This document shows, one piece after another, positions 56,382 to 64,000 of a stretch of 64,000 bases of DNA. The translations under genes and the position numbers were made by a program. Origin of the DNA: Candidatus Eubacterium faecigallinarum. GTDB taxonomy: Bacteria > Bacillota > Clostridia > Oscillospirales > Acutalibacteraceae. Location: contig DXDN01000006.1 in the NCBI GenBank assembly GCA_019115455.1, forward strand, positions 75,463 to 139,462. The letters are read 5' to 3'. The notes under the pieces were generated by a model that ran no database searches, was not told where the DNA came from, and saw nothing but the letters and a program-made list of their open reading frames with translations. Numbering within the stretch: the stretch's first letter is position 1; each line of letters opens with the position of its first letter.

Positions 56382-56651
56382 ATGAGAGCGGTAATTACAG
56401 TTGTAGGCAAGGACACCGTGGGCATCCTTGCGAAAGTATCAGAGATCTGCGCAAAAAGCAATATCAATATTACTGAAGTGTCTCAGACTGTAATGGAAGA
56501 TATGTTTTGCATGATTATGATGACTGACATATCAAAAAGCAGTGTTGAATTTACTAAATTTTCTGACGAACTCTCCTCCTACGGCGAAGAGCACAATCTT
56601 TCAATTCATGCGATGCATGAAGACATTTTCAACTCAATGCACAGAATTTAG
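56382..56651 (+). CDS. ACT domain protein (UPF0237 family)
   Basis: About 89 aa; MRAVITVVGKDTVGI.AKVS is typical of the family. The start follows GGAGG. Confidence 0.8.
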   Translation: MRAVITVVGKDTVGILAKVSEICAKSNINITEVSQTVMEDMFCMIMMTDISKSSVEFTKFSDELSSYGEEHNLSIHAMHEDIFNSMHRI

Positions 56652-56663
56652 GAGGAACGATCC

Positions 56664-58019
56664 TTGATTAATACAAACGATATACTCGAAACCATAAGAA
56701 TGATTCAGGACGAATGTCTTGATATTCGTACCACTACTATGGGCATTTCCCTGCTTAGCTGTGCTGATTCGGATATTGACAAGGCATGCGCCAAAATTTA
56801 TGACAAAATATGCACTAAGGCTGAAAAGCTTGTTGAAACAGGCGAACAGATAGAAAAAGAATACGGTATTCCGATTATTAACAAACGAGTAAGTGTTACT
56901 CCCATTGCAATTCTTGCAGGAGTAAGCGGCGGCGACCCGGTAAAATACGCCCTTACCCTTGAAAAAGCGGCGCAAACCATCGGCGTAAACTTTATCGGCG
57001 GATACAGCGCCCTTGTTCAAAAAGGATTTGCCGCCGGTGATCTTGAGCTGATTAACTCAATTCCACAGGCACTGGCTCAGACCGAGCATCTGTGCTCATC
57101 TGTAAACATCGGCTCAACAAAGGCAGGAATCAATCTTGACGCTGTTAAAATCATGGGTCAGAAAGTCAAGGAAGCCGCTGAGCTGACAAAAGATAACGAC
57201 TGCATTGCCGCAGGAAAACTTGTGATATTCTGCAACGCACCTGAGGACAATCCGTTTATGGCAGGCGCATTTCACGGAGTTTCCGAGCCTGACTGCGTAA
57301 TCAATGTCGGTGTTTCAGGTCCTGGCGTTGTAAGAAGCGCAGTTTCAAAGCATCCGGATTATTCGATAAATGAAATTGCCGAGCTTATAAAGAAAACTGC
57401 CTTCAAGGTTACAAGAATGGGACAGCTTGTAGGTGTTGAATCATCAAGAAGACTCGGCGTTCCTTTCGGAATAGTTGACCTTTCACTTGCTCCGACTCCT
57501 GCTGTAGGCGATTCCGTTGCACATATTCTTGAAGAAATCGGACTTGAACAGTGCGGCGCAGCAGGCACAACGGCTTGTCTTGCAATGCTCAATGACGCTG
57601 TTAAAAAGGGCGGTGTTATGGCATCCTCCAGCGTTGGCGGACTTTCAGGCGCTTTCATCCCGGTATCTGAGGACGCCGGCATGATAGCCGCAGCACGTTC
57701 GGGTTCCCTTACCATTGAGAAGCTTGAGGCAATGACGGCAGTATGCTCCGTTGGACTTGATATGATAGTTATTCCGGGCGACACAACCCCTGAGGTAATC
57801 AGCGGAATCATCGCCGACGAAGCAGCTATCGGTATGGTAAACGGCAAGACCACCGCCGTAAGAGTTATACCTGCAATCGGTAAAAAAATCGGCGACGAGC
57901 TGGAATTCGGCGGACTGCTGGGCAGCGGACCTGTAATGAAAGTGAATACAAAATCTCCTGCGCAATTTATTAACCGCGGCGGTAAAATACCGGCTCCCCT
58001 TCACAGCCTCAAAAACTAA
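56664..58019 (+). CDS. UPF0210 / DUF711 (PFL-like) family protein
   Basis: 451 aa; the N-terminus ILETIRMIQ...[13 protein letters not shown] is characteristic. TTG start 8 nt after GGAGG, in the conserved pairing with the ACT protein. Confidence 0.8.
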   Translation: MINTNDILETIRMIQDECLDIRTTTMGISLLSCADSDIDKACAKIYDKICTKAEKLVETGEQIEKEYGIPIINKRVSVTPIAILAGVSGGDPVKYALTLEKAAQTIGVNFIGGYSALVQKGFAAGDLELINSIPQALAQTEHLCSSVNIGSTKAGINLDAVKIMGQKVKEAAELTKDNDCIAAGKLVIFCNAPEDNPFMAGAFHGVSEPDCVINVGVSGPGVVRSAVSKHPDYSINEIAELIKKTAFKVTRMGQLVGVESSRRLGVPFGIVDLSLAPTPAVGDSVAHILEEIGLEQCGAAGTTACLAMLNDAVKKGGVMASSSVGGLSGAFIPVSEDAGMIAAARSGSLTIEKLEAMTAVCSVGLDMIVIPGDTTPEVISGIIADEAAIGMVNGKTTAVRVIPAIGKKIGDELEFGGLLGSGPVMKVNTKSPAQFINRGGKIPAPLHSLKN

Positions 58020-58029
58020 CAGGACATAT

Positions 58030-58066
58030 AAAAATCCACGGAATTTCTTCCGTGGATTTTTTATTT
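58030..58066. terminator. Bidirectional terminator between the UPF0210 and MFS genes
   Basis: Stem atccacgga/tccgtggat flanked by aaaa and tttttt runs. Confidence 0.75.
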
Positions 58067-58081
58067 ACAACAAATTAAATT

Positions 58082-59425
58082 CTATTTATTTTCCATTTGT
58101 TTCATCAGCTTGTCGTGATACGCAGGCTGATTTTTACGAACGATTGCGGCAGGAATAAAGCAGAACACCATAACCGCCGCTGCTCCCAAAAACAGCTCCA
58201 TAGGATAAACTATCTGGGAATCTTCAACTCCCCTGTTGGCGGCATTTATTATCGTCTGAGCAACCAGCGGACCGACTATCATAGGAACAAGCACATACAT
58301 AACCATACGGCAGCCCTGGAAGAGTCCTTCCTTGCCTTTAGGAATATAATCCCTGTAAGAAGCAGTAAAAAGTCCTGCCATAATGAGGCTTACACCGATT
58401 ATCAAAACGCCCCCGACAATGAGCACCGCCACCAAAGCCGTCTCGTTTTTGCCGATGAGAAACTTGGACGCCCAAACAACAACACAGCCTATGATTCCTG
58501 CGATAATTGTGGGATAATAGAAATTCTTCTTTCCGTGCTTATCCATAGCGGCAGAAACAATTACGGAAATAACAGCCGACAAAAGCATAATTACACCCAC
58601 GGGTATGATATAATTTTTTATACCCATCGTGCCCTCAATAATATTAAACAGATAGTTTACGTAAATCTGATATGCGGCGGCGGAAATCATATTTCCGGCA
58701 AGGCAAATATAGAGCATTTTATTCTGCTTGATAACCTTGGGCTGAAGCGAATAAGTGAAATCAGAAATAAAAGAATTGTTTTTATTAGCTTTGATTCCCG
58801 GCTTATCTTTCATAAGAAAAAGTCCGATTACTCCGCCGACGGTCGGTATAATGCCGAGAATGAGGAAAAACTTTTTCCAGTCGTCGGTAGAAGCAGCTGC
58901 GTTTGTGAGGCTGTCAAAACCGCCGAAAACAACTGCAAGAGCAAAAAGCGGCATTATGGCAAGAACGGTATCGACTCTTGCTCTGTTAGCGGTACTGGAA
59001 ACATCCGTAATCCAGGTATTAAATGCTGCATCGTTGCTGATTGAGCCAATAACGGACATTACGCAGTCCATAGCAACCACAAGAATGACCATGGGAAGGA
59101 CCTTATCTGCCTGAGGCTTCATGGGAACCAGAGCAAACATCATTATGGTAAATCCCCATATAACGTATCCCCAGCAGATAAACAGTTTTCGCTTACCTGT
59201 TCTGTCACAAAGTGCTCCGCCGATGAGCGTTGAGAGCGTAGCGAAAATTGCGGAAAACGCCACCATAAGTGTTGTGGCATAAGGCGCTCTTGTTATCTCA
59301 TTTTGCATAAAGCGTGAGAAATACATATTTTCCACCACCCAAGCTATCTGACCGATAAGCCCGAAGATAATAACAGAGCTCCAAACACGACCGCCCAGCG
59401 CACTCTTATTTTTGGTAACTGACAT
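58082..59425 (-). CDS. MFS transporter
   Basis: About 12 TM helices and an MFS loop motif (GGALCDRTGKRK). The start ATG at 59425 lies 8 nt after AAGGGG. Confidence 0.75.
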   Translation of the reverse strand: MSVTKNKSALGGRVWSSVIIFGLIGQIAWVVENMYFSRFMQNEITRAPYATTLMVAFSAIFATLSTLIGGALCDRTGKRKLFICWGYVIWGFTIMMFALVPMKPQADKVLPMVILVVAMDCVMSVIGSISNDAAFNTWITDVSSTANRARVDTVLAIMPLFALAVVFGGFDSLTNAAASTDDWKKFFLILGIIPTVGGVIGLFLMKDKPGIKANKNNSFISDFTYSLQPKVIKQNKMLYICLAGNMISAAAYQIYVNYLFNIIEGTMGIKNYIIPVGVIMLLSAVISVIVSAAMDKHGKKNFYYPTIIAGIIGCVVVWASKFLIGKNETALVAVLIVGGVLIIGVSLIMAGLFTASYRDYIPKGKEGLFQGCRMVMYVLVPMIVGPLVAQTIINAANRGVEDSQIVYPMELFLGAAAVMVFCFIPAAIVRKNQPAYHDKLMKQMENK

Positions 59426-59457
59426 AAATTTCACCCCTTAATATATGTCTTTATTTA

Positions 59458-59486
59458 ATTTTATCATCGGTTAAAATATTTTTCAA
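59458..59486 (-). promoter_or_regulatory. Sigma-A type promoter for the MFS transporter gene
   Basis: Minus strand reads TTGAAA - 17 nt - TAAAAT, with a TGa extended -10. Confidence 0.5.
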
Positions 59487-59583
59487 CATCATATATTTAT
59501 TAACATCAGCTTTGTTATCAAAAATCTAAAAAATCAAGTTGTTGCAAATACAGTAAATTTAAAGCTAACCAAATAAATTAAAG

Positions 59584-59612
59584 TTGAATTAAATAATGTT
59601 TAATAATATAAT
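59584..59612 (+). promoter_or_regulatory. Sigma-A type promoter for the MocR-like regulator gene
   Basis: TTGAAT - 17 nt - TATAAT. Confidence 0.55.
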
Positions 59613-59664
59613 ATAACTGTATTCTTATTAATTGATATATAAAAACACATTTAAAGGTACAGTT

Positions 59665-60921
59665 ATGAAAAAATATTCTGAAATATACAATATAATAAAA
59701 AATATGATTCGTTCGGGTGAGCTGACTGCCGGCGACAAAGTGCCGTCGGTCAGAAAAGCCGCACAGATCTACGGTGTGTCAGTCACTACAATACAAAACG
59801 CATATTTTGACCTCTGCGCTGACGGCTATATAATCGCCCGTGAAAAAAGCGGATATTTTGTGGCGGATATCCAGGAAGTACCGCACAGTGACGAGGAGTA
59901 CTTTGAAGAAAACAGTACAGAATTTGACCTAACAGGAGGCACAGCCGACGCAGACAGCTTTGATTTTAAGCTGTGGCAGAGATATATGAAAAGTGCACTT
60001 AGGCAAACGCAGCGCCTGCTGACATATAGTCAGCCAAAGGGCGAATATGACCTGAGATGCGCTATAGCAGGCTACATCAAAGAAAAGCGCAATGTTATAA
60101 CCTCCCCCGACAGGATAATTATAGGAGCAGGTGTTCAGCCGCTTTTGCAGATACTTTGCACGCTTCTCGACAGCAAGGAAAGCGTATCATTCCCTGATAA
60201 GAGTTTCGTTATGGGAATGAACATATTTAGCGACTACGGGTTCGACGTTCACACAAGGTACAAGGACGCTGACATCATCTATGTATCGCCGTCATACATG
60301 ACGCGCTGGGGCGACGTAATGCCGATAAAAAGACGTATTGAGCTTATAAATTATTCAAGCCAGCACGGCTCCCTTGTAATCGAGGATGACTATGAAAACG
60401 AATTTTTATATAACGTCAGACCCACGCCGTCCTTGTTTGCTCTGGGCAAGGGAAACATAATTTATATGGGCTCATTTTCCGCCATGCTGCTTCCGGGTAT
60501 CAGAATCAGCTTTATGGTGCTTACCCGTGAACTTGCAGAAAAATTTGACAAAAACTCATTCAGATTTGCTCAGACGGCAAGCAAAACAGAACAGATCGCC
60601 CTGTGCAATTATATAAGAGACGGGCATATAAAATCACAGATACGTAAAATCCGCAGACTTTACAGCGCCAAGACAAAAGCGTTTGCAAATCTAATAAAAG
60701 CTCAAATCCCTCAGGCTAATGTCCAGATTGGTGAAAATACGCTTCAGATAATGTTCAGTGCTGATTTTAACAAGAGCACGGATATTTTTGAAAAATACGG
60801 ACTAAAGGTTTTCATAGAAAAATATGAAGAAGGTGTAATAAAGCTTGTTATATCGCCCTCGGGCATACCGAATGATAAGATGGAGGCCGCTGTTTTACGG
60901 CTAAAAAATGCGGTGAAATAA
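59665..60921 (+). CDS. MocR/GabR-type regulator (GntR wHTH fused to an aminotransferase-like domain)
   Basis: N-terminal GntR HTH (GDKVPSVRKAAQIYGVSVTTIQNAY) plus a fold-type-I aminotransferase-like domain of about 330 aa. Start at MKKYSEIY. Confidence 0.8.
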   Translation: MKKYSEIYNIIKNMIRSGELTAGDKVPSVRKAAQIYGVSVTTIQNAYFDLCADGYIIAREKSGYFVADIQEVPHSDEEYFEENSTEFDLTGGTADADSFDFKLWQRYMKSALRQTQRLLTYSQPKGEYDLRCAIAGYIKEKRNVITSPDRIIIGAGVQPLLQILCTLLDSKESVSFPDKSFVMGMNIFSDYGFDVHTRYKDADIIYVSPSYMTRWGDVMPIKRRIELINYSSQHGSLVIEDDYENEFLYNVRPTPSLFALGKGNIIYMGSFSAMLLPGIRISFMVLTRELAEKFDKNSFRFAQTASKTEQIALCNYIRDGHIKSQIRKIRRLYSAKTKAFANLIKAQIPQANVQIGENTLQIMFSADFNKSTDIFEKYGLKVFIEKYEEGVIKLVISPSGIPNDKMEAAVLRLKNAVK

Positions 60922-60934
60922 AAAAAGTTTGCTG

Positions 60935-60960
60935 ATTGAGTCCAAAATTTTGGACTCAAT
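60935..60960. repeat. 26-bp perfect palindrome ATTGAGTCCAAAATTTTGGACTCAAT
   Basis: Read directly: 60935-60947 is the exact reverse complement of 60948-60960. No T-run follows on the plus strand. Confidence 0.9.
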
Positions 60961-61029
60961 TGCCCTGCCCTGTTGAATAAGAATTTACTTCTGATAAAAT
61001 TAAATTGTAATCAAGAGGAGGTAAATCTT

Positions 61030-61347
61030 ATGAAAAAAACAGGTAAAAAATTAATTCAGTCATTAGTGATTTGGGTAGTTACACTTGCCGCAGGATTTCT
61101 TATCACCTATGTTTCCTTTAATCTTTTTGATAATCTTACGGCAAATCAGCTTAAACTTCTTTTTGCTGCCGACATAATTATGCTTTCGGCAATCGGAGCG
61201 GCGGCTTGGTTTTTCAGCGAATCAAAAAAAGCAAAGAAACGAAAAGAAGCCGCTTTTGAAAAACGCCACAACGAGAGAATTGTCAGGCAATGCAAAGAAT
61301 TAGGTGAAATAAACAGCATAATAAGCCGTTCAAATTTTGCCGCATAA
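61030..61347 (+). CDS. Small hypothetical membrane protein (two TM helices, basic C-terminus)
   Basis: The start ATG at 61030 follows GAGGAGG. I recognised no family. Confidence 0.5.
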   Translation: MKKTGKKLIQSLVIWVVTLAAGFLITYVSFNLFDNLTANQLKLLFAADIIMLSAIGAAAWFFSESKKAKKRKEAAFEKRHNERIVRQCKELGEINSIISRSNFAA

Positions 61348-61373
61348 TCTTTTATTTTTAATACGAATATGAT

Positions 61374-61407
61374 AAAATGCACTTGTATAAAATCAAGTGC
61401 ATTTTTT
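61374..61407 (+). terminator. Hairpin plus T-run between the small membrane gene and the GH127 gene
   Basis: 12-bp stem aaaatgcacttg/caagtgcatttt followed by tttt. It ends 13 nt before the GH127 ATG. Confidence 0.6.
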
Positions 61408-61419
61408 ATGAGGCGAAAT

Positions 61420-63339
61420 ATGGACAAACGCAATTACACTAATCATCTGACTTGTAATGAAATCAAGATTGACGATCCGTTTTGGAACAAAGTTATCGGT
61501 ACTGTAAGGGAGAACATGATACCTTATCAGTACCTTGCCCTGCAAGACAAAATAGAATCGGCGGAGAAAAGCTACTGCATTGAAAATTTTAAAAAAGCCG
61601 CCGAAATTGTGCGCCAACTGAAAAACGGACAAGTCCCTCAGACTTATCCTGTTGACAAATGGCATTATGACGAAAGCAACACAGACGATAAAGCCTTTCA
61701 CGGCTGGGTATTTCAGGACTCGGACGTTTACAAATGGATAGAAGCCGTAGGATACTCCCTTATAAATCATCCTGACAATGAACTGGAGGATAAGGCAAAA
61801 CAGTACATTGACCTTATATGCTCGGCTCAGCTTGAAAACGGCTATCTTGACACGCTGTACATAATAAATGACCGCAGCAAAATCTTTACTAATCTTAAGG
61901 ACCACCACGAGCTTTACTGCTTCGGGCATATGGCGCTGGGAGCCATCAGCTTTTATAACGCAACCAGTGACAGAAAACTGCTGGACGCCTCATGCAGATT
62001 TGCCGACCTGATATGCGAAACTTTCGACAAAAATAAAAATGAGGGATATCCGGGTCACGAGCTTGCGGAAAAAGCATTAATAAAGCTTTATGAGGTTACA
62101 GGCTGTGGCAGGTATCTTGACACGGCAATGTTTTTTATTGACCAGCGCGGGCAGAAGCCCTTTTACTTTGACAGGGAGCGTGGTGTGGAAACATCCGGCG
62201 AGGATTACCGTTACAACCAGGCGCATATGCCGGTAAGAGAGCAAAAAGAAGCCACGGGCCACGCTGTAAGAGGCGTTTATCTTTATTCGGCAATGGCACA
62301 GGCGGCTAAAATACGAAGCGATGAATCACTTTATAAAGCCTGTAAAAACATATGGGAAAACATAGCTGAAAAAAAGCTTTACATAACCGGCGGTATCGGC
62401 GCCAACGCTGACGGAGAATCATTTTCCTTTGATTACGACCTGCCAAACGACCTTGCATATGCGGAGACCTGTGCTTCAGTAGGTCTTATCGCTTTTGCAA
62501 GAGATATGTCTGAAATCGAAATCAATTCTAAGTACCATGACGTTGCCGAGCTGGCTCTTTACAACACGGTATTATCGGGAATGGCAAGCGACGGAAAATC
62601 CTTCTTTTATGTTAATCCGCTGGAGACAGATCCTGTTGCCTGCGAGTGTGACTCACGCAAGCGTCATGTAAAACCTGTAAGACAGAAGTGGTTTAGCTGT
62701 GCCTGCTGTCCGCCTAACATTGCGAAAATTTTCAGCTCGTTAAACGAGTATATATGCACACAAAATGACAGCACTTTTTTTATTAATCAGTACATAGGAT
62801 GCGACATAAATAGCCAAATGGCGGACATCAAAATTATTTCCGACTATACAAACAGCGGCAAAATTTCTTTAAATATAAACGTTAAAAAGCCTTTTACTCT
62901 TGCTCTGAGGATTCCCTCTTGGTGTAATAATTTTTCAATATCAGGGAATTATAAGGAAAGCGGCGGTTACGCTTATATTCAAATCGACAGCGACTGCAAA
63001 ATTGATATTGCATTTGATATAAAAATCAGGCTGATAAAATGTTCCAATCTTGTCAGGGACAATATAGGAAAAGTTGCCGTTACACGAGGTCCGATAGTCT
63101 ACTGCATGGAGGAGGCTGACAACGGCAAAAATCTGCACTTATTAAGACTTTCGGATAATTCAGCGTTAAAATACCAGGATGGTTTCATACTGGCTGACGG
63201 TAAAAGAGAACGCCCTGAACAAGAACTTTACAGCGATTATACCGAGTCCAAATACGATAACTGTAAAATAAAATTTATTCCATACTATCAGTGGGCAAAC
63301 CGTGGGTCAAATGAGATGAGTGTTTACATAAGGATATAA
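61420..63339 (+). CDS. GH127 family beta-L-arabinofuranosidase (DUF1680)
   Basis: About 640 aa; N-terminal features (FW...NMIPYQ, F.GWVFQDSDVYKW.EA) and the Cys-rich catalytic region (ETCAS, C..CCPPN) are typical of GH127. The start ATG at 61420 follows GAGG. Confidence 0.8.
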   Translation: MDKRNYTNHLTCNEIKIDDPFWNKVIGTVRENMIPYQYLALQDKIESAEKSYCIENFKKAAEIVRQLKNGQVPQTYPVDKWHYDESNTDDKAFHGWVFQDSDVYKWIEAVGYSLINHPDNELEDKAKQYIDLICSAQLENGYLDTLYIINDRSKIFTNLKDHHELYCFGHMALGAISFYNATSDRKLLDASCRFADLICETFDKNKNEGYPGHELAEKALIKLYEVTGCGRYLDTAMFFIDQRGQKPFYFDRERGVETSGEDYRYNQAHMPVREQKEATGHAVRGVYLYSAMAQAAKIRSDESLYKACKNIWENIAEKKLYITGGIGANADGESFSFDYDLPNDLAYAETCASVGLIAFARDMSEIEINSKYHDVAELALYNTVLSGMASDGKSFFYVNPLETDPVACECDSRKRHVKPVRQKWFSCACCPPNIAKIFSSLNEYICTQNDSTFFINQYIGCDINSQMADIKIISDYTNSGKISLNINVKKPFTLALRIPSWCNNFSISGNYKESGGYAYIQIDSDCKIDIAFDIKIRLIKCSNLVRDNIGKVAVTRGPIVYCMEEADNGKNLHLLRLSDNSALKYQDGFILADGKRERPEQELYSDYTESKYDNCKIKFIPYYQWANRGSNEMSVYIRI

Positions 63340-63354
63340 ACAAAGAGGCATAAG

Positions 63355-64000
63355 ATGAAAAAATATAAAGACAAATATGATAAAATGACAAACGCGCCGG
63401 TTAAGGCGCTGATATCCTCGCTGGCGGTACCCACAATTCTTACGATGCTGGTTTCAGCAGTATATAACATGGCTGACAGTTACTTTGTAGGAAAAATTGA
63501 CACAACGTCAGTTGCGGCAATCGGAGTTGTTTTTTCAGTCATGACGCTGTTGCAGGCAATAGGCTTTTTCCTCGGAAACGGAAGCGGTGTTCTTATCAGC
63601 ACTTTTCTGGGGGAAAAGAAGAAAGAAACTGCTCAGGTATATGCAAACGTCGCTTTTTTTACAGCGTTTTTTATCGGATTGGTAGTTGTTGCGGCAGGAA
63701 TATTTTTCTCCCGCAACATTGCATATATGCTCGGAGCAACAGAAACGACAGTTGATCCTGCCAGCGGATACTTAAAATATATACTCATAGGTGCACCGTT
63801 TATTCTGTGCTCATTTGTTATGAACAATCAGCTCAGGTATCAGGGAAGCGCACTTTACTCCATGTTCGGAATCATGAGCGGAAGTATACTTAACATATTG
63901 ATTGATCCGCTTTTTATTTTCACCTTTGATCTTGGAGTTGAGGGCGCTGCCATTGCGACTATCATTAGCCAGTTCGTGGGATTTGTTATTCTCCTTATAG
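63355..64000 (+). CDS. MATE family efflux transporter (N-terminal part; runs off the right edge)
   Basis: My translation from the ATG at 63355 gives MKKYKDKYDKMTNAPVKALISSLAVPTILTMLVSAVYNMADSYFVGKI..., a typical MATE N-terminus. The ORF is absent from the track because it is open-ended. Confidence 0.75.
   Translation, partial: MKKYKDKYDKMTNAPVKALISSLAVPTILTMLVSAVYNMADSYFVGKIDTTSVAAIGVVFSVMTLLQAIGFFLGNGSGVLISTFLGEKKKETAQVYANVAFFTAFFIGLVVVAAGIFFSRNIAYMLGATETTVDPASGYLKYILIGAPFILCSFVMNNQLRYQGSALYSMFGIMSGSILNILIDPLFIFTFDLGVEGAAIATIISQFVGFVILLI

Noticed and set aside
58097-59044. A 315-aa plus-strand ORF
   Set aside because: It is antisense to the MFS transporter gene. The composition is junk-like (N/H/R/C rich) and there are no translation signals. 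It is a shadow ORF.

Overview
This is a low-GC Firmicutes (Clostridia-type) chromosomal segment, mostly core housekeeping genes at high coding density. From 1 to about 22.8 kb every gene is on the minus strand: rnhB (partial), rbgA, an S8 protease, rplS, a radical-SAM pair, an M50 protease, ruvX, a class A PBP, an exonuclease, secG, parC/parE-like topoisomerase, ftsH, tilS, dnaB, rplI and rnj. The rest mixes both strands. It holds metabolism and transport genes: a ROK kinase, a PTS EIICB-like permease, GH51 and GH127 arabinofuranosidases, copA-copZ, a heterodimeric ABC exporter, GPH/MFS/MATE transporters, nadA, mnmA, cysK, ispE, an Lrp-aminotransferase pair and an ACT/UPF0210 pair. A dockerin-like module on the S8 protease suggests a Ruminococcus-like (Oscillospiraceae) host; this is inference only. 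I found no rRNA, tRNA, CRISPR array, transposase, integrase or prophage genes. I also see no convincing new multi-gene system. The best leads are modest: (i) three AT-rich hypothetical-gene patches (33.9-34.8, 36.2-37.2 and 39.3-40.9 kb) between higher-GC core genes, including a lone FRG-domain gene; (ii) an orphan PTS EIICB-like permease whose EIIB module seems to lack the phospho-cysteine; (iii) conserved unknown-function pairs (TIGR03960/TIGR03936, ACT/UPF0210); (iv) several small cis elements (17-bp tandem repeat, 26-bp perfect palindrome, palindromic back-to-back -35 boxes, a possible rplS leader). Product calls rest on motifs I recognised in the supplied translations, and no database search was run. 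Several starts were moved from the ORF track to sites with a Shine-Dalgarno sequence.
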